Virus record (IMG/VR): IMGVR_UViG_3300048881_000483
Coordinates: 1 to 40,333 of that record
DNA length: 40,333 nt
Source of the DNA: a virus
Lineage: Duplodnaviria > Caudoviricetes
Reading direction: 5' to 3' (one strand)
Positions 1 to 9,662 of this stretch are shown here, one piece after another. Below the pieces are notes generated by a model that was not told where the DNA came from, did no database searches, and saw nothing but the letters and a program-made list of their open reading frames with translations. The first letter of the stretch is position 1, and each line of letters starts with the position of its first letter. The position numbers were made by a program, and so were the translations under genes.

Positions 1-149
1 CCGATAAGGTAGCTGCTGAGAAAGCTGAAGCCGATAAGGTAGCTGCTGAGAAAGCTGAAGCCGATAAGGTAGCTGCTGAGAAAGCTGAAGCCGATAAGGT
101 AGCTGCTGAGAAAGCTGAAGCCGATAAAGCCGCTGCTGAGAAAGCTGAA
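1..149 (+). repeat. 30-bp tandem repeat GCCGATAAGGTAGCTGCTGAGAAAGCTGAA (4 canonical units, the first lacking its initial G, plus 1 variant)
   Basis: Directly visible; variant unit GCCGATAAAGCCGCT... at 120-149. Confidence 0.98.
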
Positions 150-161
150 GGTCAGGAGTAA
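1..161 (+). CDS. 3' part of the capsid-adjacent (gpFI-like) protein with ADKVAAEKAE repeats; continues from 40014 across the circular junction
   Basis: Frame starting at 3 reads (A)DKVAAEKAE x4, ADKAAAEKAE, GQE, then stop TAA at 159-161; same repeat and reading phase as the ORF beginning at 40014. Confidence 0.85.
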   Translation, partial: DKVAAEKAEADKVAAEKAEADKVAAEKAEADKVAAEKAEADKAAAEKAEGQE

Positions 162-166
162 TCGAA

Positions 167-382
167 ATGGCAAAGCCGCAGAATGAAAAAAAAGTGGTTG
201 TAAAGGTATTGCGTCCGTGGATGTATGGCGCTTTACGCGTTCCGGTAACTCAGGGTGAGGGGGATTCTAAAGCAGATATTGTTGTTGAATTACCTGAAAC
301 CTTGGGGCGTGATTTGATCGCGGATAAAAAAGCAGAGTTGTCTGCTGAAAAATCAAACTTTGTTTTGCCAAAAAGAAAGTAA
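167..382 (+). CDS. Small head-associated protein resembling the lambda gpFI C-terminal domain
   Basis: RBS GGAG upstream; pattern V-V-K-V-L-R...VVELP...DLIADKKAE; sits between the capsid genes and the head-tail joining gene. Confidence 0.55.
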   Translation: MAKPQNEKKVVVKVLRPWMYGALRVPVTQGEGDSKADIVVELPETLGRDLIADKKAELSAEKSNFVLPKRK

Positions 383-400
383 GTTTTACGGGTGTGAATT

Positions 401-826
401 ATGTCCTTCGCTAGTGATCTAGAAGATGATTTAGATGAAGTGTTTTTTGATGACTTTGCAAAGAGTTGCTTGCTTGTGCGGGCTTCTGCTTCTGTAAATA
501 CAGTACCGACTGGTCATAGATTTATTATTGAAGCAGGTCTAGAGCGTTTCACTAGTGAAGGTTATAGCAAAAATAACTGGGAAGTAACGGTCAAACTATC
601 AGACCGTATTGTAAGAGGTGATCTTATCCAAGTTCTCGATGATGACGGATTAGTAGTAGAACATTATTTAGTGGGTGAGATAGCGCAGCGTCAGGGTGAC
701 GTTTTAATTTTTGCCGTTGATAAGCAACGCATACAAGCAGCAGAGAATATATTGCCCGCCAACGCGCTGTTGTTGGGTGGGAACGCGTTAACAATGAATG
801 GTCAATTTTTAGTGCATGGAGTGTAG
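401..826 (+). CDS. Head-tail joining protein (gpFII-like) with a short C-terminal extension
   Basis: N-terminus MSFASDLEDDLDEVFFDDFA is typical of this class; RGDLI motif; synteny. Confidence 0.65.
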   Translation: MSFASDLEDDLDEVFFDDFAKSCLLVRASASVNTVPTGHRFIIEAGLERFTSEGYSKNNWEVTVKLSDRIVRGDLIQVLDDDGLVVEHYLVGEIAQRQGDVLIFAVDKQRIQAAENILPANALLLGGNALTMNGQFLVHGV

Positions 827-828
827 TA

Positions 829-3800
829 ATGGCGATTGAAACAATAGAGCTTAGCCAGTTAACTGTGCGTGAAGCGGTAGCAACGGATAAACGATTAACG
901 ATTGATGAAAATGGTGAATTGTTATTCACCACCACGGCGGCTGCAACTCAGCCAGCGGTGAATAATCCGCCAGTATTGAATGACCAAAATTTAACCGTGG
1001 TCGCGGGTGAAGATTTAACCATTACATTAGGTAGCGTAACAGACCCTGATAATGATTCAGTTACTTATGTTGTAACGGGCGAAGGTGCTTCTTATTACAC
1101 AGTGGTCACTCCTAATACGGGAACATTCAATGCACCTGCTGCGGGTTCGCAGGTGATTAATGTGAGCGCTGATGACGGCCAAGGGGGCTTGGCTACGTCA
1201 GTGATAACGGTTGATGTAACCGCAGCGCAGACCGTACCGCAAAATACTGCACCAGTGGTATCTGATCAGACGTTAACGGTTGAAGAAAATCAAGACCTAG
1301 TGATAACACTGGGCGCGGCTAATGATGCCGACGGCGATGCGATTACCTATACCGTTGCAGGTTCGGGTGCGGCTAATTACGCCATAGCAACGGCCAATAC
1401 TGGCACGTTCAATTCATCAACTGTGGGGAGTGAAACGTTAACGATTAGTGCTGACGATGGCAACGGTGGAACGGCCAGTGCAACAATCACTGTAACCGTT
1501 ACCGCAGCGGTTGCGAATCCTGCGCCAGTGATTAATGACCAAAATTTAACAACCTCAGCAACGGCCGACTTGGTGATTGTATTAGGGCCGGCCACTACGG
1601 GTGGCGGTGAAACAATTACTTATGGTGTAACGGGTAGTTCAGCGTTTGTTGCTGGGCCAGCATCCAATGAAATTACCTATAACGCGCCCGTTGCAGGCAC
1701 TGAAACGTTAACCGTAACAGGTACAGCTCCGATTGGTGGTAGCACTACGGCAACGATCACTGTTGTTGCATCCGCAGCGGTGGCAGGGATTCATACAAAG
1801 ATCAGCTATCAAGGTTGGTCTACTATGCAAAATACGGTTGATGGTCAAAATACAGCAAGCTCAACCAACCCAACGGCTGAACATGACCCTTCGTTATATA
1901 AATTAGTTGGTCAAATGTATGCCGCAAACAGTATTGCGGGTTATGTCGATGATTTTGAGTTCTTACCGCAAGGTGGTGAGAATATTAATGGCGTAGAAGC
2001 CAAGGCGCACACCAATGCCACGGCCAGTACGGTTGCGGTGTTATCTGCTTATGGCTCTAGCTCGGGCATTATTATGGAGCCCGCACAAGCGAATGCAGTC
2101 CCTACAACTGGGAATGATGGCTGGATTGATCGCATGGTTGATATTGCGCAAACGGCAGAGGCGCGCAATATCATTCCTATTATGTTTCAGTGCTGGGGCA
2201 GCTCAGGCAGAGAAGCTGATTACGATCACGCCAAAATCAATACCGATGCATTACAAGCGAAACACGGCATGTTAGTTGTGCGCAGTGCAGAAATTGTTGA
2301 TGCCATGACTAAGTTGAATTCTGCGTATACAACTAATACAGCCAATGCGGGCGGCAAATATGTACCCCCAGTAACGCATCTTTTTAATGGTGGTACAGAC
2401 AGTGATAGCTTTCACGGATCGTACGCCATGCAGTACCTGTGCGCACTGGCAACGTTTAAATGCTTAACGGGTATCAGTGCTGCGGATAATGCGTTTGTCA
2501 TTCCCTCGGGCGGTAACGCGGGTACTCAATACGGTATGAGTGCTCAATTTATTAGCGATATTAAAACGCAAGTTGACTTGGTGCAGGTTGAATCGCTAGT
2601 GACAGGTTTAGCACCTGGTGCAGCACCTATTGCTAATGACTTTGCGCGTAATGGTTCGCACGATGTTGCGGGCATGGTAAATGTAACGGCGGCATCTAAT
2701 TTACGTGATGACCTTGAAATTGATCCGAGTAACTTGGTTATTAAAACCATTAATACGGCTCATTTTACAGCTCAATCGCTGGCTAATGGTGTATTCAACT
2801 ACACGCCAGCATCGGGTTATACGGGTGATAGCTTGGTTGTATTCACCTATACCGATGCAGACGCTCAGGCCATTGATATTACGCTGACGTTAACCATTGG
2901 CGCTGCGGCGGTTATTCCACCTCAAGAAATTATTATTGGTTTTGGTGAGGGTAATTGGAATCCCTTTTCAGCGGATGGAAACCTCTATAACCATACTTTA
3001 ACGTCGGGTGGTAAAACGATTAATGGGATTAAAGGTTTTAGTGCCAAAACAACCCAAGGCGATTTGCAAGATTCAACAGGTGCAGGGGTGGGTTCTATTA
3101 CGGCCATTACGTCTGGTAATTTAGATGGACCTGGTTATCGCGCTAATGATTCAGGTGATTCATTAAGTTACGGGCCGTATCCTGAATTATATGACGGGCT
3201 TTCAGTTGCCCCGAAAGGCAGTACGGTGCAGTTTGAAATTGACGGGCTTTTAGCGGGTATCAATTATCGGGTAAATATTGCAGGGGCGACCCCGTGGCAA
3301 AGTGCGCCAACCAACGTGGTTGATGTGGATGTTAACGGCGTGCAGGGATCGTACGACAGTGCGCCAACGGTCGCGTCAGAATTTATTAAGGTAGTAAAAG
3401 CCGATAGCGCAGGACGTTTGTCAATCACGCTTTCATCTGATGGCACATCGAGTGCAAGTGTTTGGGGTTTATCGTATGTTCATTTGGATAAAATCACAGA
3501 TGGTACGGCGGCTGATACCCCAGTAGCACCTGTATTTACTCAGCATCCACAAGCGGCGAATGTAACGCAAGGTGAGACCGCGAACTTTAATGCATCAGCC
3601 TCGGGCGCGCCAAGTTATCAGTGGTATCGTGACGGTGTGTTGATTGATGGTATGACCGCATCATCTTATGCGTTAACAACACAAGCGGGTGATGATGGCG
3701 CAGTGATCACAGTAGTTGCTACTAATGCAGGGGGCTCAACGTCGTCGAATGGCGCGGTGCTTACTTTGTTAACGGCCGCGCCTACTATTACCGTGCAGCC

Positions 3801-4668
3801 TGTTGCGACTCAGACTTTAATTGCAGGGGATTTAATCAATCTAAGCGTAACGGCAACGGGCGCAACGGCTTACCAATGGAAGAAAAATGGTGCTGATATT
3901 CAAGGCGAGACTAGCAGTACGCTCGTGATTGCCTCGGTTTTGGCTGACGATTCGGTTGCCATAACGGTTGATTGTATTAACGGTTTTGGCGTGGTTACGT
4001 CGTCTGCGTGTGTGTTAACGGTGAGTGCGGCTAAAGATCAATATTGGTTTGCGGTAGGTCGTAACGATGGCAAGGCCAAAGACCTCGATGCAGGCTATAA
4101 CGGCGGTATACCTGATTCAGTAGCAGAGGGGGCAAACGGTGAGGATATTAACTTTATTCGTTCTCTGCCTCATGCAGGGGTTACGGTGCAAAACGTATTT
4201 CGTAATACCGATGGTATAACAACCGATTTACAGCTTGCGTATGCGGGGGTGGGTAGTGATACCAGTGACATTGCTGCGTGGGGCAATATCAGCAGTACCG
4301 CAACCTCAGATGCCAATGTGATAGCCAAGCTAACGGCGGCAAATTTATACAATCATCCTAACCTTTGGGGCTGGAACTGTTACCTGTCGGGCAATCATTC
4401 GGCGCAGTTTGAGTTTTCGCAGGGTGGTTTGGTTGTTGGTGAATCATGGAAGGTGCAAGTTATCGGTGTGCATTATGAAGATAAAACGCGCCCCGTTGAT
4501 GTGCTGGTTAATGGGGCAGGTTCTGCGGGCAATATGCATGTTGGTAACTGGGCTGAATTCGATGTGTTTGAAACGACTGCGGTTGTGGATGGTGCAGGTA
4601 AGATTAATTTAACCATTAGTCCTCAAGTTAACGCCAATATCAGTGTTATACGTTTAATTAAACTCTAA
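829..4668 (+). CDS. Large multidomain virion appendage: 3 cadherin/Big-like repeats, SGNH-hydrolase-like domain, another Big-like repeat, beta-sandwich domain, 2 Ig-like domains, second beta-sandwich domain
   Basis: Repeats NxxPVxxDQxLT...DxDxDxxTY; GWS (1813-1821) and DSFH (2404-2415) motifs; Ig motifs PVFTQHPQ...YQWYRDG and YQWKKNG. Confidence 0.8.
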   Translation: MAIETIELSQLTVREAVATDKRLTIDENGELLFTTTAAATQPAVNNPPVLNDQNLTVVAGEDLTITLGSVTDPDNDSVTYVVTGEGASYYTVVTPNTGTFNAPAAGSQVINVSADDGQGGLATSVITVDVTAAQTVPQNTAPVVSDQTLTVEENQDLVITLGAANDADGDAITYTVAGSGAANYAIATANTGTFNSSTVGSETLTISADDGNGGTASATITVTVTAAVANPAPVINDQNLTTSATADLVIVLGPATTGGGETITYGVTGSSAFVAGPASNEITYNAPVAGTETLTVTGTAPIGGSTTATITVVASAAVAGIHTKISYQGWSTMQNTVDGQNTASSTNPTAEHDPSLYKLVGQMYAANSIAGYVDDFEFLPQGGENINGVEAKAHTNATASTVAVLSAYGSSSGIIMEPAQANAVPTTGNDGWIDRMVDIAQTAEARNIIPIMFQCWGSSGREADYDHAKINTDALQAKHGMLVVRSAEIVDAMTKLNSAYTTNTANAGGKYVPPVTHLFNGGTDSDSFHGSYAMQYLCALATFKCLTGISAADNAFVIPSGGNAGTQYGMSAQFISDIKTQVDLVQVESLVTGLAPGAAPIANDFARNGSHDVAGMVNVTAASNLRDDLEIDPSNLVIKTINTAHFTAQSLANGVFNYTPASGYTGDSLVVFTYTDADAQAIDITLTLTIGAAAVIPPQEIIIGFGEGNWNPFSADGNLYNHTLTSGGKTINGIKGFSAKTTQGDLQDSTGAGVGSITAITSGNLDGPGYRANDSGDSLSYGPYPELYDGLSVAPKGSTVQFEIDGLLAGINYRVNIAGATPWQSAPTNVVDVDVNGVQGSYDSAPTVASEFIKVVKADSAGRLSITLSSDGTSSASVWGLSYVHLDKITDGTAADTPVAPVFTQHPQAANVTQGETANFNASASGAPSYQWYRDGVLIDGMTASSYALTTQAGDDGAVITVVATNAGGSTSSNGAVLTLLTAAPTITVQPVATQTLIAGDLINLSVTATGATAYQWKKNGADIQGETSSTLVIASVLADDSVAITVDCINGFGVVTSSACVLTVSAAKDQYWFAVGRNDGKAKDLDAGYNGGIPDSVAEGANGEDINFIRSLPHAGVTVQNVFRNTDGITTDLQLAYAGVGSDTSDIAAWGNISSTATSDANVIAKLTAANLYNHPNLWGWNCYLSGNHSAQFEFSQGGLVVGESWKVQVIGVHYEDKTRPVDVLVNGAGSAGNMHVGNWAEFDVFETTAVVDGAGKINLTISPQVNANISVIRLIKL

Positions 4669-4685
4669 CCCTAGGGTGAATCAGT

Positions 4686-5222
4686 ATGTCGAATGCCGAT
4701 TTAAAAGCCGTTACTAAACGGCTGAATAAATTTGTAAAACGTGATGTACCTGGTGCAAGAGTTACCGCCACAAACAAAGCCCTAGCAAAAGCCAAAACGG
4801 CGGTTGTGCGGGCGGTGGTGGTTGAAACGGGTATCAAAACTAAGCAGCTTAAATCTCGGGTATACATAAGCCGTGCTAAAGGTGGTCAGAAGCCAAAAGG
4901 GGCAAAACTGCATTTTTATCGGCGCGGGGTTGCCTTGATCGGCTTAGGGGCCAAGCAAGTTGATGGGGGCGTAGTGGCTGGGCCGTATCTTGTGCCTGAT
5001 GCCTTTATTGCCGACGGCAGCAAAGGTTTTGGCCGTGGCAAGCTTAAACGTGCGCAAGTTTTGCGGCGTAAAGGTCGTGGGCAATACCCATTAGAAGTTA
5101 TGACCGTGAATATTAAACCTGCGGTTAATCGTTTAACGCCATTCACAGTCTCTAGAGTAATGGCTAGTAATTTTTCTCGTTTGTATCAGCACGAAATTAA
5201 ACGTCGTGCAGGTCGCACCTAG
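4686..5222 (+). CDS. Minor tail / neck protein (gpZ-like)
   Basis: Very basic; DAFIA...QVLRRKGRGQYPLEV motif; synteny. Confidence 0.8.
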   Translation: MSNADLKAVTKRLNKFVKRDVPGARVTATNKALAKAKTAVVRAVVVETGIKTKQLKSRVYISRAKGGQKPKGAKLHFYRRGVALIGLGAKQVDGGVVAGPYLVPDAFIADGSKGFGRGKLKRAQVLRRKGRGQYPLEVMTVNIKPAVNRLTPFTVSRVMASNFSRLYQHEIKRRAGRT

Positions 5223-5238
5223 TAAATAAAATTAAGGA

Positions 5239-5673
5239 ATGAATATGGACTTACAGATTCTTAGTAATCTGCGTGAAGCTGTGCGCGTCGCAATTAAAAC
5301 GCAATACCCCGCTAAAGACATTTTTACCGCAGAAATTACCAGTGTTTCTGATGAACAAGACGGTACGGTTCTGGAAGAGTTCTTTACCGTGTTTTTTTCG
5401 GAAGGTGAAGAAACGCAAGAGAATCAGGCGTTGGATAATGTGGAATATCGAACCGATACGCAAATAACCGTGGGCTATTTCAATAAGGAAGGGGCAGTGA
5501 ATCAAAGCTTTTTAGAGTCAGAGGCTAAATTGATTCGAAAGGCCGTGATGGCGCTGAATGAAACCCTCGTTTATGAAGACATGATTACTCGTGACGGTTG
5601 GCAATATGTGCCTGCGGGTGACGGTGGTATTTCGGGCATCTATTGCCGATTTGGTTTTAGTTTCTCTAACTAA
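5239..5673 (+). CDS. Tail terminator protein (gpU-like)
   Basis: Acidic 144 aa between the gpZ-like and tail tube genes. Confidence 0.6.
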   Translation: MNMDLQILSNLREAVRVAIKTQYPAKDIFTAEITSVSDEQDGTVLEEFFTVFFSEGEETQENQALDNVEYRTDTQITVGYFNKEGAVNQSFLESEAKLIRKAVMALNETLVYEDMITRDGWQYVPAGDGGISGIYCRFGFSFSN

Positions 5674-5739
5674 AGTTCAGTTTTAACTGTTGTAAAACGT
5701 AAATTAAAAACTCTCTCAAAAAGTAAAAAGGGGTCTTGT

Positions 5740-6150
5740 ATGAAAGGTCGTGGAATGAAGTTATTTGTAAAATTAATCACAGAAGCAGATGCCGCTTTTG
5801 TGCGAGTAACGCCAGTTAAATCGTATTCGCCTGGTGAAGAGTCTGTGGCGACTCAGGAAAAAACATATCTTGATCAAGATCATGATTATTCAGATCACAA
5901 AACGGGTTTGATTGATCCTGGTGAAGTGTCGCTTGGGGTTGAATACGATCCTGCCAATGCGGGTCAGATTAAGATGGAAGCTAACCTTGCACAAAAACTT
6001 GATTTTAAAGTCGAGTGGGTTGATGGCTCGGGCGAAACGTTTACAGGCTCTGTAACTAAACGTGGTTTTTCTGAGCCAAATGAAGATGATTTGATGCGTA
6101 ATTACAGCATTAAACGCAGCGCTGCACCTGTGGCATTCCCTGCACCATAA
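5740..6150 (+). CDS. Major tail tube protein
   Basis: TYLD...GLIDPGEVSL..EYDP...GQ and FTGSV motifs typical of gpV-like tube proteins. Confidence 0.8.
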   Translation: MKGRGMKLFVKLITEADAAFVRVTPVKSYSPGEESVATQEKTYLDQDHDYSDHKTGLIDPGEVSLGVEYDPANAGQIKMEANLAQKLDFKVEWVDGSGETFTGSVTKRGFSEPNEDDLMRNYSIKRSAAPVAFPAP

Positions 6151-6152
6151 GG

Positions 6153-6713
6153 ATGATAAAAATGGAATTTTTTTATTCGAGCGAGTTTATGTTTTACCTA
6201 GGCTTAGGTCTGGGTATTTTGTTGGCGGTTATTGTTGGCGCTGCGGTGGTATTGATTAAACCGCAGCGCCACGGCTACTTAAAAGATCGTTGCAGTATCA
6301 AAGGCCGGTACTATGAATTAACCGAGATACCTGTGGGGGTGCGCTTAAAGTATCTTGAGCGATGCTCTAAGTTTGGGCCGAGTGACGGCTTTGAATTAAT
6401 GCGAAAGGATTTAGAAATTAGTTCAGACCTGATCGCCTTGCACTTAGGGCGCTGGTTCATTCCTCATCGTTACTTGATGTGGCAGATGTCGCGCTTGCCG
6501 AGTCAAACCATTGCGATTTTATTTAGGCAGTGTGTGAAGCTCAGTAATATTCCGTTTCATATTCAGCCGATAGATCATGATGAAGCTGATTCTAATGATG
6601 AAGCTAGTGAGCAAAAGCCTGATAAATCGGCCGATGTAGAGCCTGCTGAGGATGATGATTTTGATTATCCTGATGATGGAAAAAAGCCGCAGCCAGCGCA
6701 CGCGCAAGCATAA
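6153..6713 (+). CDS. Tail assembly chaperone (gpG-like) with an N-terminal hydrophobic segment
   Basis: YLK...YELTEI...RLKYL resembles lambda gpG; acidic tail; slippery site at its 3' end; position between tube and TMP. Confidence 0.7.
   Translation: MIKMEFFYSSEFMFYLGLGLGILLAVIVGAAVVLIKPQRHGYLKDRCSIKGRYYELTEIPVGVRLKYLERCSKFGPSDGFELMRKDLEISSDLIALHLGRWFIPHRYLMWQMSRLPSQTIAILFRQCVKLSNIPFHIQPIDHDEADSNDEASEQKPDKSADVEPAEDDDFDYPDDGKKPQPAHAQA
6680..6686 (+). other. Programmed -1 frameshift site A AAA AAG (G/GT-type)
   Basis: Heptamer in the correct phase (GGA AAA AAG); the -1 frame is open from 6686 through the 6728-6940 ORF. Confidence 0.85.
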
Positions 6714-6940
6714 GTTTCGCGCATACGTTGGCTTTGCGTTTAGGCATTGTTAACGTTGATAAAATGCTGCACGAACTCTCGTGCAGTCAGTTTGATGAAT
6801 GGAAACGTGTCTATCAATTGCAGCCGTGGGGCTGGGATATTGAAAATCATATTAACGGTCAACTCTGTGCCGTTATCGCAAATAGTTCTGGTCGATTAAA
6901 GCAAGCGCGTAAAGCGTCAGACTATTATCTGAAAACTTAA
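6686..6940 (+). CDS. Tail assembly chaperone gpT portion (expressed as a G-T fusion)
   Basis: LALRLG...ML.ELS.SQFDEW...Y..PWG motif of the gpT family; no good independent start. Confidence 0.8.
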   Translation, partial: AAASARASISFAHTLALRLGIVNVDKMLHELSCSQFDEWKRVYQLQPWGWDIENHINGQLCAVIANSSGRLKQARKASDYYLKT

Positions 6941-6955
6941 AAAGAAGTGACGAAC

Positions 6956-9058
6956 ATGGGCAAGCTGGATCGCTATACCATTGTGATAGATGGTGATAAT
7001 CAAAAGCTAGAATTAGCCGCTAAAAAAACCATCGGTGATCTTGGGCGAGTGGGGAAAGCAGCGAATGATTCTAATGGTAATGTTAGTAAACTGGCTGCGG
7101 GTGTTCGTCATGCTTCTACTAATGTTGCGGCTTTTCAAGGGCCGTTGGGTGGTATTTCTGGGCGCTTAGGTGCCTTGTCTACCATGCTGGGAAGTATTAA
7201 CCCTGCAATGGTTGGTTTTGGTTTGTCGTTGTCTGGTGCAACTTTATTTATTACCAGTGCGGTTGCTGAGTTTGACCAATTAAATTTACGTACTAAAAAA
7301 GCGGAAGCGCAATTAAAAGCGACGGGGTATGTCTCGGGTTTTACCAGTGATCAATTAGATCGTATGGCAAAGTCGACGGCATTAAATACTTTGGCCAGTG
7401 TCGATGGGATTAAAGATTCTCAGAATGCATTATTAAAATTTAAACGAATTTCTAAGGATGTGTTTTCAGATACGATCGAACGTGCACAAGATTTAACAGC
7501 GGTGATGGGGAATGATGTTAAATCAGCAACGAACAAACTAGGTGAAGCATTAGAAACCCCTAGTGAGGGCATGAAGAAATTAGAGCGCTATATAGGCGGT
7601 GTGAGTGATGCAGAAATTTCACTGATGCGAGATATGGAAAACGCAGGGCGAGTTATGGACTCTCAGCGTTACGCCTTGGATTTGTTGCAGAACAAAATTG
7701 GCGGTGCTGGTGCGGCCGAAGCTGAAGGTACGGTTGTGGGGGCGGTTGATACACTTGATCAACGCTGGCAGTCGTTAAAAGTTAATGTGGCTGATACTTC
7801 GGGTGCTGCAACGGGTATGCAGTGGTTCGTGACCAAGATGGGAGAGGTTGTTCACGAAATAGATCAAATGATTGCGCCTAGTGATGAAAGTCGTTTAGCT
7901 GAGCTATGGGTAGAAAGCCAAGGGCTAAGAAATGAACTTGATGCGCTTGCGTCGGGAAGTGATCGTTCGTTGTTATCTTATATTGTTGGTACGGATTCAG
8001 AGTCGTTAAGAATTAATAGCCAGTTGTCATTAATTAAATCTGAAATGGCAGAGATAGAAGGGCGGCAAGCGGTAAGGAAGCAAAAACAAAAAGAAGCTGA
8101 TGATGCAGCCACTGAAAACCAACGAAAAATATCAGAAGAATCTTTGGCACTAAAAGCCGCAGCGGACGCCAAAGACCTTGCGCGAATCCATGATAAAGGC
8201 GCTGCTGCTGTTGCAGCAATGGAAATGCAGTTTGCCGACGAAGAAGAGAAAATCAATCTTAACTACGACAAAAATTTATTGCGTATTGAATCATGGCAGG
8301 TCAGCGAGGCTGAGTTAAAACGCCGTGGTTATGAAGACATGGAAGCCCTTCGGGATGAGTACCGTTTATTGGCAGGCGAGAAAATGGATCAAGACTTTTT
8401 TAATCTTGAAACCAAAATGGCCGACCAAAACCAAAAGCTATTTGATCAAGAGCAGTCGGCGCTAGAGAAAAAGCAAAAAATGATTGATCGCGCTAATGCC
8501 ATAAAGTTCTCTATGGAAAAGAAAGTGCAGGGCAATCTGTTGCGCCTTGGGCATACGTTAGCGGGTGAAAATAAAAAATTGCAGCTGGCTATGCTGGCCA
8601 TTGAAACCACTATAGGCGCTAAAGAAGCGGTTGTTGCGGGTTATGTCGGCGGTGCAAAAGCCGCAGCGGCAATGGCACCAATGGGGCCAGCGGCCGCAGC
8701 CGCCGCAAATGCCGACATGATTCGCATGGGGTACACCAACGCGGCGTTAATTGGGGCTACGGGTATTGCACAAGGCATTTCACTTTCTAACGGTGGTGAT
8801 ACAGGGGGGGCTGTGGGCTCGTCTTTTGAGTCTGGGGTAGAACCCACGGTGCAAAGTAATGATGAGGCCGTAACCAGTATTAATTCTGCCGCTGAGCGTC
8901 GTGCGGGTGGTGATGTGGTTTATAACGGGCCGTATATTGAAAAAGTTGAGGCGATGGATTCAGAGTCGTTTGATGACTTTGCGCAACGCAATAGCAATTC
9001 AATCGCAAGAGCAACGGCCGCAGGCTACGAAGAATATGGAGTAAATCTAAGTGCTTAA
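6956..9058 (+). CDS. Tail tape measure protein (~700 aa; GTG 6947 is an alternative start)
   Basis: Ala/Gly-rich helical protein; LGEALETP..GM..L.R motif; follows the chaperones. Confidence 0.9.
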   Translation: MGKLDRYTIVIDGDNQKLELAAKKTIGDLGRVGKAANDSNGNVSKLAAGVRHASTNVAAFQGPLGGISGRLGALSTMLGSINPAMVGFGLSLSGATLFITSAVAEFDQLNLRTKKAEAQLKATGYVSGFTSDQLDRMAKSTALNTLASVDGIKDSQNALLKFKRISKDVFSDTIERAQDLTAVMGNDVKSATNKLGEALETPSEGMKKLERYIGGVSDAEISLMRDMENAGRVMDSQRYALDLLQNKIGGAGAAEAEGTVVGAVDTLDQRWQSLKVNVADTSGAATGMQWFVTKMGEVVHEIDQMIAPSDESRLAELWVESQGLRNELDALASGSDRSLLSYIVGTDSESLRINSQLSLIKSEMAEIEGRQAVRKQKQKEADDAATENQRKISEESLALKAAADAKDLARIHDKGAAAVAAMEMQFADEEEKINLNYDKNLLRIESWQVSEAELKRRGYEDMEALRDEYRLLAGEKMDQDFFNLETKMADQNQKLFDQEQSALEKKQKMIDRANAIKFSMEKKVQGNLLRLGHTLAGENKKLQLAMLAIETTIGAKEAVVAGYVGGAKAAAAMAPMGPAAAAAANADMIRMGYTNAALIGATGIAQGISLSNGGDTGGAVGSSFESGVEPTVQSNDEAVTSINSAAERRAGGDVVYNGPYIEKVEAMDSESFDDFAQRNSNSIARATAAGYEEYGVNLSA

Positions 9059-9662
9059 TTTTCCAACTAATCCGCGTATTAAAAAAATGTCGGTTGCTGT
9101 GCAATATTCATCTCTAATTAATACTGCCAGTTCGGGTACACGGCAGGGCTGCATGACGGGGCCGTCACGGGCTTTGTTTACTTTAGATTACAACAGTGCT
9201 CGGGAATCGTCAGAAGATGATTTGCGGCCGCTGTTTACCTTCCTAAATCGCTTGCAAGGCGGCTTGTTAACCTTTGATGTGCTCTTACCTTTCTTTAGTC
9301 ATGGTTCGGGCATTGATGGTGCGGGTGCGGTGACTGCGACCACGAATACGGGCTATGTGGTGAATACTAAAAATTGGCCAGTGAATACCTTGATTCGTAA
9401 AGAAGGTGATGTGATTCAGTTTGCAGGGTCGCCCCGTGTTTACATTTTGGCTGACGATATGGTGAGTGATGCGGCTGGCTTTGCCGATGCAGTGTTTTGT
9501 TCGCCACTCACTCAACCTGCGGTCGCCAATGACGTTGTGAATATTAAAGATATTAAAGTGCGTGCGCGTATTCCTGCAAAAAAGGTTGCCCAAGGTATGG
9601 CGGCTGGGCAATTGCGTACAATGAAAACCATCACGATAGAAGAAGAAATTATTAATGCGTAA
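9051..9662 (+). CDS. Distal tail protein
   Basis: FL.RL.G...TF and GDVIQF...VY motifs; follows the TMP. Confidence 0.65.
   Translation: MLNFPTNPRIKKMSVAVQYSSLINTASSGTRQGCMTGPSRALFTLDYNSARESSEDDLRPLFTFLNRLQGGLLTFDVLLPFFSHGSGIDGAGAVTATTNTGYVVNTKNWPVNTLIRKEGDVIQFAGSPRVYILADDMVSDAAGFADAVFCSPLTQPAVANDVVNIKDIKVRARIPAKKVAQGMAAGQLRTMKTITIEEEIINA

Noticed and set aside
1-149. 30-bp repeats as a CRISPR array
   Set aside because: Units are contiguous with no spacers, keep a coding frame, and no cas genes are present
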